DNA of 64,000 nucleotides from NCBI GenBank assembly GCA_964247055.1, contig OZ176055.1, positions 9,858,001 through 9,922,000 of the forward strand, read 5' to 3'. This document shows positions 1 through 13,620 of the stretch, in pieces. The stretch's first letter is position 1; each line of letters begins with the position of its first letter. Below the pieces are notes generated by a model that was not told where the DNA came from, searched no databases, and was given only the letters and a program-made list of their open reading frames with translations. This DNA comes from Paragordius varius. Its lineage: Eukaryota > Animalia > Nematomorpha. The translations under genes were made by a program, and so were the position numbers.

Positions 1-780
1 ACATGTGGCTCTTCGAAAACTTTGAATGCCTCTTTAAAAAAAATTTGTAAAAAGTAAAAATCAAATTGATTAGCATAATTTTTTTTTATATATTATTTTT
101 TTTTCATCACATTCATTTAATCATTTATTCCTTTGCAATCTGAAAATCTTCAGAATACTTGCCCGCTGGTAAATTTTTTTGGTTATTTAGTGAAATAGCT
201 TTTGAAAACCACAGTCCCATTTTTAATATAGCAATACCCATATTATTGGAGTTATAATTACGTATTCGAAAATATATACAATTGGTAAACTTTTTTGATA
301 TTGGGGACTTATAGTCATTTTTAAGATATTAATTTTTGGGAATTAATTTCATAATACTTATATTTCTAATTATTTTTCAATAAAGTGGAGGTTGCCAACT
401 TTTTTTGACGCCCTACCAAATTGAAAATTAAAATTCTTGCCCCCTCCCCCTCTCAAAGAAATCCAAGTAAAAAATGTAAAATTCATTTTAATATTATAAA
501 AACCTATTCAATGAGATCCTTTTGAATGGACCTACAAAACGTCTTTAAAAGTAAAAATTTTAGAGACTTCCAGTTTTTTTAAAAAAATCCCGATACGGGA
601 TGGGCAAAACGCAGGAACTAATTAAAAGGGCTTAGGCCCTGTCCGCGTATTTATAAAATAATTGATTTTAGAATCGGCTGCTTATGTGTTTTCCCCAAGC
701 GTTACGCCTCTTATTTTTATCAACACTTCATGACCTTTTTACCTTTTCCGCAATGACCTATTGGGAGAGTTTTATATCTT

Positions 781-2170
781 AGAGCTCAATTTTGTAAATA
801 AACTACAGTTTAAGTTAATTTAGTTAAAATTTAATTATCAAACACTGTGGACATGTATTAGATATAAGCATATATTTTTTACAGTTGTGGCTTTTAGACT
901 CAAATTTTCGATAGCTCCAAAACACGATTGAAACAAACAGTTGAAGTTAAAATCAATCGATAGCTAATGCTGGTAATACGTAGCCTGGAAGCTATTTAAA
1001 ATTATTTTTTTACATTTAACCATAATGAAATTTATTTTCCCTTTGCATTAGCAATTTAACACTTCAATTTTGTGTTTAAAGGCCCAAGACCATTTTTAAA
1101 TCAGTATTTTTAAAAAATTTACCGAATAGAATTTTAATTTAAATTTATTTCTATCCTAACATAAATTATATTAACGCTTGGATACAACACATTCATTTCG
1201 GTCCTTCAATTCTAATTGGGGCTGTTGGATACCCTAGGCCTGTAAAATATAACTTAAAAAATATAAATTGAATCCACACGGTAAAAAATTGCACTTATAT
1301 AACATTAATTACCGAAATAATAAAAAAGTTCATTCAAAAATACTTGAAATTACTTTTTTTAAAGTAAAACCCAAAGGCAAAAATTTAGTCAACATGACAT
1401 CTGTGTATTAGCTAAATTTAGAAATAATAAAAACAAACTACCTTTTCTGTTTCTATCAAATGTTAGATGTGATTAAATAAATAGTTATCTTTAAATATAG
1501 CGTTATATTCAAATAAACTCAATATTTTGCAAAAATGGTGTATAATAAAAAGCGTCGAAGTAGTTTGATACGGAACTTTTTTTTCACAACTAAATTTTAT
1601 TAAAATTTTGGCTTATTTATATATTTTCTATTTGGAATTTAAATTAAGACCGTTTCTTTCATTAGTTCTTTAATATATACTTAAATATAGTCTGTGTTTA
1701 GATATCTCAATTTGAATCGAAGTGTTAATAAGCCAAAATATTTAAATTCAGTTATTTAAAAGGGTTCCATACACAGTCTCCACAAAAAATAATATATTAA
1801 AATAGTTATATAAACTGATAGGAAAATTATCAGGATTATCATGGTGCTTTTGGTTTTGGTTCCTAGTTATATAAGTTATTTACGCTCTTGTAGTAAATCC
1901 TATCAGAAAATCTCAAAATTTGCGCACATTTATTAATTCATTACCTTTTCACCTTTTTATACTAGTTTACAATTTGGGGTAGCAGGGCTCAATTTTGTAA
2001 ACAAACTACAGTTTTGAAAGTTATTTACTTAAAATTTCATTATGTATTATAATTTTTAGAGTTTTATTTATTCTAAAATCTAAAATTGGGACAGCTCAAA
2101 AACAGGATTAAAACAAACGGCTGATATTAAAATAATAATTTATCATTGTGCTAGCAAAGTGCAACCTGTA
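781..2170. repeat. Pair of diverged ~200-bp dispersed direct repeats (~781-1000 and ~1985-2170)
   Basis: Both copies read A(G/A)GCTCAATTTTGTAAAyAAACTACAGTTT...GATAGCTC(C/A)AAAACA(C/G)GATT(G/A)AAACAAAC(A/G)G. Probably old transposon remnants; ends not defined. Confidence 0.55.
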
Positions 2171-3099
2171 ATAAAGTTTTGGTTGGGGTGATGCAAAAGA
2201 TTTTATGACTCGACTTGTATTTTCAAGTCATGGCTTAATTTCATGTAATAAAAAAATTAACATTAAAGGACTAAAATCAAGCAAGAAAACCTGATTCGGA
2301 GGTGAAAAAAATCATATAATCAAGTTAAACTTAAAGATTTTGCAAATAAGGTGTAGGACACTCTTGACAGATTAAAATAAGGATAAAGTTATTTTGGAAA
2401 CTATTTTGTAGGTATATGTAATTAAAACCTTTGTGAATATTATAAACTGTTCCTTTGATAATTTTTGGCTAATTTACCTATTTAAATGGGGTGCATACAA
2501 AAGGGGTTATTAGAAAAAATCTGCTGATATTTAAGAATAATGCATATAAAAATATGCTAAATTTATCGATTCCGTGAATCACCAAAAAAATTTGAATCTC
2601 TAACTTAAAATTAATAATTAACTATTATTCTTGTTTAAGATTTTCTGATCTTCTTACATAAAATACGAAATCTTATTTAATTTTTTATTTTAAATAGGGC
2701 TGAATTTGTTTTGAACTTTTTGCTTTACTCATTCAATATTTAATTATTTTTAACCTATCTTTTAACCAACTTTTAAATTAATATCAACAGTCAAACATTC
2801 ATAAACCGTATATCTTTATTGAATACTTAATATATTAATTTTAATAAGATACATGTATTAAAAAATATAAGTGTCCAGGTTATTAATCGCAATTTTATGT
2901 TGAAAACATTTATAGCTGAATAATATTGTTAAATTGGAAAAAATTAGTTTGAAACAAGAATTGATTTTTAAATGAGGATTATTGATTTTAAATGAATATA
3001 TATATCATAAATCAAAAAAATTAAGTTAATAAATTATATATGAATTCATGCAAATATATGGTTAAATCCGAACATAAAAAATTAAGGACAAAATGTTAA

Positions 3100-3228
3100 A
3101 GGACCAACTTGTAGTGAAGTGTTTAAGGACAATTTTGTGTAAGGACCAACTTGAAGTGTTTAACAACCAAATTGAAATGTTCAAGGACTGGAGGTGTTCA
3201 AGGACACACTTAAGTGAAAATGGAATAT
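3100..3228. mobile_element. Remnant of a MITE-like family with ~21-bp GAAGTGTTTAAGGACCAACTT subterminal repeats (family M4)
   Basis: Several imperfect AAGGACCAACTTGAAGTGTTT units ending ...GTGAAAATGGA. Related copies lie at 10272-10372 (same orientation, ending TTTAAATGGTA) and ~9057-9100 (inverted). Confidence 0.5.
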
Positions 3229-4089
3229 TATTACAAATTTAAATAGAGGTTTGTGTAAAAATAACCCCGAAACTATTTGTATTGTTATGTATAAAATGTT
3301 TAAATATCCCCTCCTCAATTGGTCCATAAATTATTTATTTTCCTGTAATTTTCTGAGATTAATTTTAAAATTTTAAATTCCTTGGACATAAATTTTTCCT
3401 CATTTAACTTTAACAAAAACTGTAATGTATTAGCATATTCATTATCCTTCTTATCCATTTATAGCCTAAATTATTAAAAAAATTTACACAATTTTTATAT
3501 TAGGTTACAAATCCATTTTTGAAATAATTAATGAGTATACCCATCTTCTATAAAATATATCATTCGAGAAAAACCTTAATACTTTAAAATTATTGCTACG
3601 GCACAAATATCTCGATTATTATTTTAGTTTTTTAACCAGGCCTGATTTAATTATTTCCATGTATAATCTTAGTTTTTAATTTGGATTTGCATCAATCTAA
3701 TTTAAAAATAAAAAATACATCTATTTAAATGGAGGGTAAAAATTGGAAAGACAAATTTATAATTCCAAAAAATAATCGTCTGTTTAACTGTAGTGATCTC
3801 ATTTAAGTACCTTTTATTTTTAATACAAGTTTGAATAATGAATCAAGAAAATGCATTTTAAATTATAACCAAATCATAGATGGTAAAATTCACATTGCAA
3901 ACCTATAAAATATAAAGTTAATTTGTTTTTCTTTTTTAAATAATATATTTTGTAGAAGGATTCGGCCAAAAATTGATAAAGATATTACATAGTTTTCAAC
4001 AATATATAATTGTCGGCAAGATTCATAATGTTTTTTAGAATGAATCGAAATTAGGAGGATATGAAAATCTTTAAGAAGTTGAGTTTAAG

Positions 4090-4142
4090 ACAAATATTCT
4101 TCAAGGATTACTGATCAAAGATATACTTGACGTCGATAGGTG

Positions 4143-4180
<38 letters not shown>

Positions 4181-4389
4181 AAAAGTTAGTTTTATTCGTT
4201 ACGTATTTTATGCCTCATCTTTTTCATACTTGTTTGCTATATTTTAAGTGGTTCTGAAAACGGAAGCGCTTATATTTGGGCAATAATAATGTCGCCAAAT
4301 TAGCCCATGGCAGTGTTGTCAATTGTGCAGCCTTTTGTCCAACAGACCCTGAAATTTTTGTTACTGCGGGCAATGACCATCAAATAAAG
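4090..4389 (+). pseudogene. FBXW5: FBXW5-like C-terminal WD40 repeat remnant with frameshift
   Basis: After the AG at 4247-4248 the frame reads SGSENGSAYIW, then shifts to VAKLAHGSVVNCAAFCPTDPEIFVTAGNDHQIK followed by a GT donor at 4390. This resembles the recalled FBXW5 end (SGAEDRHGYIW...LARLRHEDVVNSVVFSPQEQELLLTASDD). An upstream fragment ILDVD ends at a GT at 4140 and has an in-frame stop at 4072. Confidence 0.5.
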
Positions 4390-5904
4390 GTAAAATTTGT
4401 TCCAACTTTTTGTTTTCATGACGGCCACTGTAAAATTCAAAAAATACGGTCTAAGTATAAAACTAAAAGACTATTCATTTTAAAAGGAAACCATGCTTAT
4501 AAAATCTTATTTTTTTTTTTCAAATATATAAATTTTTATTTTGGTTAGGAAATAAGAAGTAAATTATTAATACAGTTCATTATAAAATTAAATTTAAATA
4601 CCAATCTTAAATAATTAATATATATGCTCATGTTTAGTTATATTAATATATAAGGTTTGAAAAAGCAGATATATCTTTGAAACAATATGTCTTTTAATTT
4701 TAAATTTTATTTCTATATTATCATTTACTGTGTTAGCTTATGTGGGAAAAATCAAGGTTTGAAAAGTATGGTTGCCTTTTTATAAAAAAAAATGTTTGTC
4801 TTTTGGTTTTCCGTTATGTCTCAATTTTAATTGCTTAATTACAAAAGGCTTTCCATTAATTTTTTTTCAATATATAATTTAATATTATTTACAGATATAG
4901 TAAAAAAATTGCATTATTTTTAACTATTTGATGGCGTTTAATAGCTTAAGTTTTTGGGAGACTATGGACCTAACACAACACGATCATAACTTAAATATAA
5001 GGACCTTTTCTATAAATAGGCGAAAAAGTGTGCATGATGATCAGATCATCACCTAATTAGTTTATATGGGATGGTTTTTATAAAATGGTCTATTATATCC
5101 ACTGTATATACACGCACATTTTATGCGATAGGTATGGGTTTCGCGAAGAAAAAGGGCAGAGCTCAGTCGAAAGACATACAGCCAAGCTGAGAGTTCATCT
5201 TACTCTGATTGAACCTAAAATGAAATTACCTTTGAATACGTAGCAATAATTTGTGAAAAAATTTCATTTGTATTACAATTCATATAATATAAGTATAGAA
5301 GTTAAATAAATTAATAGATACAACACAAAAATATTTATGTTTGAAATAACATATAGATGCGCCAATTATGCAGGGATGTTGCGTTTCTGAAGACAAAACA
5401 TTATATTAATAAACTATCTAAATAAATTATTTATCCTCGATCTTTAGGTATATAACACTTATCGTATAATGTTGTGAAAAATGAATAGAGACGTAATTAG
5501 TATATATACATTTTCACATTTGTAATATCATATAAAGGGTAGGACTCCGAATTCCAAGTACCACGAAGTTATTCATATTCATAATATACATCAATCGAAA
5601 CGCTTTACCAGTCAATCACCATATCTTTTCTATATTAAATAACCAGTTCTTTAGCAAAACTGGAATTAATATAAATTGATTAAATACTTGCAATTAAATT
5701 TACATAGAAAAATTAGGTTAGAAAAAGTATGGTTGTTTTTTGTAAAAAATATTTGTCTTTGAGTTTTTACGTTTTGATTGTATTATATTTAGTATAAGGG
5801 AATTTTTTAATCTAGTGAACATATTGTGTGAGTTTTTATAATTTAAGCAACAATCATTTTATTAAATTTAATGTTTTTAAAATTTTAACACCAGATTTAA
5901 CATT

Positions 5905-8310
5905 CATCTATCCTAATGCCGAAAAGGGGCGGTTTCGGTGGGGGATGGATGTAAAATAAAATGATACAATCTATTAGGACAGAAAAAATTAAATTGGACA
6001 AGTCATACATAAAACCGTCCGGCAAAATCTGTTTCAAATTGGTTCTAAGCCAAAACAACCATAATTCCAAACTCCATTTATGCTAATACTGAAAAGCGGT
6101 GGTTTCGGTGACGGATGGATGTAAACTCAATATACGATAATCCATTAACACAGTTACATCAAAATCAGTTGTCCAACATTCTTAACTCGATCTATCCTAA
6201 TACTGAAAAGGGGTGGTTTCGGTGACGGATGGATGTATTCTCAATATACGATAATCCATTAACACAGTAACATCAAAATCAGTTGTCCAACATTCTTAAC
6301 TCCATCTATCCTAATACTGAAAAGGGGTGGTTTCGGTGACGGATGGATGTAAACTCTATATACGATAATCCATTAACACAGTTGCATCAAAATCAGTTGT
6401 CCAACATTCCAAACTCCATCTATCCTAATACTGAAAAGGGGTGGTTTCGGTGACGGATGGATGTAAACTCTATATACGATAATCCATTAACACAGTTGCA
6501 TCAAAATCAGTTGTCCAACATTCCTACCTCCATCTATCCTAATACTGAAAAGGGGTGGTTTCGGTGACGGATGGATGTAAACTCTATATACGATAATCCA
6601 TTAACACAGTTGCATCAAAATCAGTTGTCCAACATTCCTAACTCCATCTATCCTAATACTGAAAAGGGGTGGTTTCGGTGACGGATGGATGTAAATTCTA
6701 TATACGATAATCCATTAACACAGCATCAAAATCAGTTGTCCAACATTCCTAACTCCATCTATCCTAATACTGAAAAGGGGTGGTTTCGGTGACGGATGGA
6801 TGTAAACTAAATATACCATAATCCATTAACACAGCATCAAAATCAGTTGTCCAACATTCCTAACTCCATCTATCCTAATACTGAAAAGGGGTGGTTTCGG
6901 TGACGGATGGATGTAAACTCTATATACGATAATCCATTAACACAGTTGCATCAAAATCAGTTGTCCAACATTCCTAACTCCATCTATCCTAATACTGAAA
7001 AAGGGTGGTTTCGGTGACGGATGGATGTAAACTCTATATACGATAATCCATTAACACAGTTGCATCAAAATCAGTTGTCCAACATTCCTACCTCCATCTA
7101 TCCTAATACTGAAAAGGGGTGGTTTCGGTGACGGATGGATGTAAACTCTATATACGATAATCCATTAACACAGTTGCATCAAAATCAGTTGTCCAACATT
7201 CCTAACTCCATCTATCCTAATACTGAAAAGGGGTGGTTTCGGTGACGGATGGATGTAAACTCTATATACGATAATCCATTAACACAGCATCAAAATCAGT
7301 TGTCCAACATTCCTAACGATCTATCCTAATACTGAAAAGGGGTGGTTTCGGTGACGGATGGATGTAAACTAAATATACCATAATCCATTAACACAGCATC
7401 AAAATCAGTTGTCCAACATTCCTAACTCCATCTATCCTAATACTGAAAAGGGGTGGTTTCGGTGACGGATGGATGTAAACTCTATATACGATAATCCAAT
7501 AACACAGTTGCATCAAAATCAGTTGTCCAACATTCCTAACTTTATCTATCCTAATACTGAAAAAGGGTGGTTTCGGTGACGGATGGATGTAAACTCTATA
7601 TACGATAATCCATTAACACAGTTGCATCAAAATCTTTTGTCCAACATTCCTAACTCCATCTATCCTAATACTGAAAAGGGGTGGTTTCGGTGACGGATGG
7701 ATGTAAACTCTATATACGATAATCCATTAACACAGCATCAAAATCAGTTGTCCAACATTCCTAACTCCATCTATCCTAATACTGAAAAGGGGTGGTTTCG
7801 GTGACGGATGGATGTAAACTCTATATACGATAATCCAATAACACAGTTGCATCAAAATCAGTTGTCCAACATTCCTAACTCCATCTATCCTAATACTGAA
7901 AAGGGGTGGTTTCGGTGACGGATGGATGTAAACTCTATATACGATAATCCATTAACACAGTTGCATCAAAATCAGTTGTCCAACATTCCTAACTCCATCT
8001 ATCCTAATACTGAAAAGGGGTGGTTTCGGTGACGGATGGTAAACTCTATATACGATAATCCATTAACACAGTTGCATCATAATCAGTTGTCCAACATTCC
8101 TAACTCCGATCCTAATACTGAAAAGGGGTGGTTTCGGTGACGGATGGATGTAAACTCTACATACGATAATCCATTAACACAGTTGCATCAAAATCAGTTG
8201 TTCAACATTCCTAACTCCATCTATCATAATACTGAAAAGGGGTGGTTTCGGTGACGGATGAATGTAAACTCTATATACGATAATCCATAAAGACAGTTTC
8301 ATCAAAACAT
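5905..8310. repeat. Tandem array, 114-bp monomer, ~20 near-identical copies plus one degenerate leading copy
   Basis: Monomer ATCTATCCTAATACTGAAAAGGGGTGGTTTCGGTGACGGATGGATGTAAACTCTATATACGATAATCCATTAACACAGTTGCATCAAAATCAGTTGTCCAACATTCCTAACTCC starts at 6076, 6190, 6304, 6418, 6532, 6646, 6757 ... 8219. 111-bp and 109-bp variants occur. All six frames contain stops. Confidence 0.97.
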
Positions 8311-9124
8311 CTAATAATATAACACATTTTTTCCTTTTCATATAATTCCAATTATTCCAAATTCTTATTTTTTTTATAACCATTATTTAATTAATGTTTT
8401 ATTATCCATCATTAACCCCAAATATGGGGTCACTATATCATACAATAAAATAAATAATTTAATCATATATGATATATTAAGATATGGTATGGTTATTTTT
8501 ACAATCTATTTTTCGTGTCTTGTCAATGATCAATTAGAGCAGATAGCGATTCCGATACCCTTTATTTTTTGGAACACTAATATTTTTTACAATTGATATT
8601 AAAGTTATTGGCAAGATTATTTTAAAAATTTAAACTAAAACCGTTGTGTTGATTGTATATATTTCTTAATTAAAATTATAGACAAAACGTAAAAATTTAA
8701 AGCAAATATTTTTCTATAAGGATATCCATATCTTTTAAACCAGGGATGTCCACTTTTTTTTGGTATTCAAAAGTGCTCTAAAAAATGTTAAATATAAAAT
8801 TTCAATCAAAATTTAAGGTTATTTTGATGATATATAATCCAAAAATGAGCTCAAAATAGAACAAAAATTATTATGTAAAGCAGCCGCGAAGATATTTGTT
8901 AACGCCCCTGTGATAGAGCTTTATTTTGAGAATACGCTAATATGCATGTATATATATATATATATATATGCGTTAGTTATGTTATAGTAATTGTGATTAT
9001 GCAAATAGTTATACATTCATATGTGTAAATTATAATATTTGGCTGTATACTTATTGGACTTCAGGAGTGTCCTTTAACATTTCAAGTTGGTCCTTAAACT
9101 TTTTTGTTTTGTTTTTAACCATTA

Positions 9125-9939
9125 CACTGGACAACAAATCTTTCTGCCACTAGAGATTTTTGCATATTCTGACATTTACTATCAGATTAACAGTAAATTC
9201 GAAATAAAATTATAATTTCATCCAAAAAAAATTTTTAAAATGATTTTTTTCGATGAAGCACCGTCTTTATCAAAATTTTAATAAAAAATGTCTTCTTTAA
9301 AAACATACAAATGCCCAATTTTAATACATGATTCGAAAGAGTAATAAAAACGCTATAAAATTCATACAAATATGTTTTACATCGATAGCTAATATTGGAC
9401 ATAGGAAGCTACAAACGCGCGAAGCGAGAGCGTTTTCCTTAATTATTATATTTTTACTAAGGGATGAAAATAGCTACTTTGTATAGATTATAAATGTCCA
9501 AAAGATACAACAAGAATGTTTTTTTATTAAAACACTTATTTGTTGCTTTTATGTCATTCAAAACAGCCATTTTTGAGTTTTTGCGATTTTTAAGACAAGG
9601 TAATTATGATCATTTTAACGATTATGTAATAAATTTACAGTTATAAATATGGATTTTAAAATCCACTAAGTAAAATAATTTTGATGATAATAATTTAAAA
9701 AAGCAAAACAAAAATTCAAAATTCTTATTATAAATTTTATACTAATGTAACCCTAACAATTATAATGTCAAAAATATTTATAAGTTTTATGCTATATCGG
9801 AGCCAAAAATTATCGATAAACCCTAATAAATGAAAATTTTTAGGTGTTAAACCATTTTTTCATACTCTTTAGGTATTTTAATGAATTGGATTTTAAATTT
9901 ACAAGAATGGCACTTAAAAAAGTCAAATGGTGTCTAGTG
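9125..9939. mobile_element. Non-autonomous DNA transposon with CACT-ended TIRs and TTA target duplication (Chapaev3/CMC-like), copy 1
   Basis: TTA|CACTGGACAACAAAT ... AAATGGTGTCTAGTG|TTA. The interior is collinear with the copy at 31287-32408, including the ACAAACGCGCGAAGCGAGAGC motif. No transposase ORF. Confidence 0.8.
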
Positions 9940-10271
9940 TTATCAATCAAATCGTGTATATTCATCTGTTTTATTAATTTTAATCTATTATTTGAAATCA
10001 TAGATCGCTATCGACTTTTGATTATTCAAATACCATAATTTTATTGATTTCTTCAAAAAATTTTAAATATTTATAGGATTTTAACATTTAAATTAAAATA
10101 TATATGTAGTTTGTATTATTTATTTCGAAATTTTCATTAAAGACATTTATAAGTTAATAATTTTCTTAAATTGAAAAAAATTAGTAGAATTAAAAAAATT
10201 ATTTTTTTAAAAAATATATAATAAAAAAATGAGGTTAAAAAATAATAATAAAAAAAACATAAAAATTTTGA

Positions 10272-10372
10272 GGGCCAACTTGAAGGGACCGACTTGAGGT
10301 GTTCAAGGAGCAACTTGAAGTGTTTAAGGACCAAGGTGAAGTGTTTAAGGACACTCTTTAAGTTTAAATGGT
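10272..10372. mobile_element. Family M4 MITE right-end remnant
   Basis: About four GAAGTGTTTAAGGACCAA-like units followed by TTTAAATGG|TA, an end like that of family M1. Confidence 0.5.
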
Positions 10373-12958
10373 ATATATGCAAATCTGTTTTAACATACAA
10401 CTTTTATAAGTACCCATAACGGCTAATGAATTATTATAGTATTTTATGTTTGGTTGTTTAAAATTTAACTCTATTGACTTTTTACCTTTATCGTTTGTTG
10501 TCTCTAAACGACATTTCTTTAATTATTTAATTTGAAACATTTTAGTGACATTTGCATAGTTGGATATTATCTTATTTTTAAAAACGTAAATATCGTAAAA
10601 TAACTTTATTACAATAAATTACTATCATATTAATTCTACTAAATATTAAATCTAATAATTAACAAATATTTAAATAAATAAAAATAATTTATCACTAATT
10701 TTTGCTAGGTATATTATTTGGGTAAATTTTATATTGGGTTCAAATTAAGTAAGGGGAGATGGGCTATTATGAGTTTTCATGTCTAAGCTTTGAACTTTTT
10801 CTTCGTGAAACCCAAATCTATTAAATAAACAGAAATAATGGATAAAGGTCCTAAAAAGCCTAATTGATTTTTATTTATTAATCTAATTACATGATTGCAA
10901 TTAGGATATATGGGATCTTATTTTTTTTTATTTTGCAACAGAAAACAAAAGGGTAAGAGCAAGAATAATATTAAAGTAATATATGTCTATGAAAACTTTC
11001 AATTTTTTATGTTCTTTATAATTTCAATTTTTACTTATAAAAATATAGTAAAAATTGGGAATATACAGAAAAAAAAGGCCTTTCAACAAGACAAATATCC
11101 CATATAAATGACTGCAATATTTACAGTAAAAATTAAAATTATAGGGACAAAATGTAAAATATAAAGACAAATTTTTTTTAAAGACAACGCCATACTTTTT
11201 AAACCATAATTTATCCTATAAAAAACATTTAGATACAATCGTAAAATAGATAATTAATTATGTTACCCATTTACATTTTTATATTTTAATTTGTAGTTTA
11301 AAACAATGAGTTATATTCAAAAAAATTAAGATTAATATAGTATGGTTGTCATTTAGATAAAAATATTTGTCTTTATACATTAAAATCAGTTGTCTAAGTC
11401 TACCGAATTTTATATATTTCTCAAAATTCAAATTATAAAGGCAACACTCATAAAATTTAATAAAGATAAACATATTTTTAAAACCATATAACTCACAGTT
11501 TTGTATTACACGAATTAAGATGCAAGTATTAATTATCAACTCGTATATTTAAAAATCTTAATTACATGGTTTATAAAGGCATTATCAAGGTTTAAGAAGG
11601 TATAATTTTTTTTAAAAAAAATATTTTTTTATAATTTTTATAGGATAAAGAGCGACATCCTTAAATTTTATAAAATACACTGCTCAACAAGGTTTTGCAC
11701 CAACCCATTATTTTGGTATTTTCTGATGCCTGATGGCATGGAAAGGCCAAAACAAAAAAGAAAATTGAGGCCACCAATAGGATTTTTCCGAAATTTAATT
11801 TTAAATTTGTATTTAATATAAAAATAACAATCATTCCTCGTGTACATATGTTTAAATATTCAAACGAACAAGTCGATAGTAATATTCCATGCATGAATAA
11901 CAAAATTCTAGCTATTAAATAAGATACTAAACAAGCTAAGAGCCAAAGTATTAAAAATCTAAAAGGGGCTTATGTATAATGTGATAGATCCGGGCGGCTG
12001 CACAAGCTCTGCATATCCCCCAAGCGATCCAATTATGCCAGATATGGCAAAGATAACCATAAGTAATTGTAAAGCCCGATAAGAGAGACTTGCATGCAAA
12101 ATCCAGGCAAATTGACATGTCAAATTAACCAATTCACAGAAGGAAAGTTAGAAAAATTCTACAATTAAATTGAATAAAAAGATTAGGTAAATACAAATGG
12201 TCCAATCCTAAGTGGCTACACAACATCCATCTGAAATTAAAAATACAAAACAACCAATAATTTTAAAAAATAAAGTATATCCACTAGGTATAAATAAAGG
12301 ATTTTTTGTAAGAACCAACTCAAGAAAAAAAGCCTAATAAGTACTCGAGAGAACGAAAACTAACAAAAAAAATATAGCTTATCTGAAAGTCGAAGGTTTA
12401 AACCATATTATGCCTTTTTTAGTATTTTTTCAAAATTTTTTTATACGTATTAAAAATTCACTTGAAAGAAAAAGACTAAATTTAGACGTTTAAGTCCGTA
12501 CTATTTTTTTCTCTCTGATATTTAAATGTCATATATATTCAAAAGGAGTTTAAAACGCTTTAATAAATGATATTAAGTTTATAATATAATAACATTTTAT
12601 TATAAAGTTATATTTAATTTTCTCTCATTTTCTCTTGTTTTTAAAAAATTGAAAAACCTATAATATTTCAAAATTCTGATTGGCGGGATCAAAAAATTTT
12701 TCACATTCGGTTTTAAAACACTTAAATAATTTAAAAGTTTGAGTGGTGGTGCTCATAAATGTCCAATTGTCGACTAGTGATATTAATGCATATAAAAAAA
12801 TAAATTTCGTTTATAATTGTATAAACTGCATCAGATAAAGGATGAGACAAAAAAATAAACTAAAAATAATATAAAAGTTAATTTTATTTATAAAGTTTTG
12901 ATTCAGGCAATTGATTAGTTTATATATATGGTTTTTGAGGTTTAACGTGATTTATCTC

Positions 12959-13620
12959 TGTCAGAACTACCGAATAATCCCTATCACCAATAAACTATAT
13001 AAACTACTTCTCAAGATAATACTCAAAAAAATTACACTTGAGGAAATTTCTGATGTGGTTTAGGATCAAAGCGGAATACTACAGATGATATAGCCAATAG
13101 TAATGCTATAATATAGAGATATAACGAAATCGGTAAAAGTTTGTACTTTAATTTTTTGGACTTCAGTATAGCATTTGACATAGTCAACCATGACTGTTTC
13201 TGGAATATTTTATAATCTTCCAGAGTTTCATTCTGTGTTCTAAGCAAACAGGTGCGATCAAAGCACAATACGGTCCTACCGACTGGTTCTTCAGAGGTGT
13301 GAGACAAGGATGTATTGTATCTCCCCTCCTATTCAAATTATACACAGAAAATATTCGCAATTGCGAACTTTCTTAATATGTTGGAGCGCGCATAGCTGGT
13401 CTTACTGTATGGAATCTCTGATACGCTGAACTGAATCTCATCTGGACATTATTTATCTTTTACAGTCGAAGCAATCTCTCCAAATATAATCTAATAATTC
13501 TCAACGCTCCCCAGATACAATACCACTTAATGCTTCTCCTCTCGATGTAACCAATTACTGCAAGTATTTGGGTTCAGTAAGTCCAGATCTCGACATACGA
13601 GCACGGCTTGCATTAGGGGC
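12959..13620 (+). mobile_element. Decayed non-LTR retrotransposon (RTE-like) reverse transcriptase fragment
   Basis: Broken frames give CQNYRIIPITNKLYKLLLKII, LYFNFLDFSIAFDIVNHDCFWNIL, RGVRQGCIVSPLLFKLYTENI, GARIAGLTVWNL*YAE (decayed YADD) and CKYLGS. These are ordered RT motifs interrupted by stops and frameshifts. Confidence 0.88.

Noticed and set aside
4280-4303. 24-nt GC-AG intron that might repair the FBXW5-like frameshift
   Set aside because: Removing it deletes the conserved AKL codons and continues in the wrong frame to a stop.
4930-5620. Patches of GC-richer sequence that might be further decayed exons
   Set aside because: No recognisable motif, and frames are short and stop-interrupted; nothing supportable without a search.
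5905-8310. 114-bp array as a CRISPR array
   Set aside because: The whole unit repeats, with no unique spacers and no cas genes, in a spliceosomal-intron genome.
6076-8310. Array as a repetitive selenoprotein or readthrough ORF (one plus frame has a single TGA per 38 codons and most indels are 3 nt)
   Set aside because: A minus frame equally has just one stop per unit, a 2-nt deletion at ~7317 breaks the frame, and there is no start or splice context and no SECIS evidence. Chance is sufficient.
8174-8383. 69-aa minus-strand ORF
   Set aside because: It is a read-through of the last array monomers and AT-rich flank.
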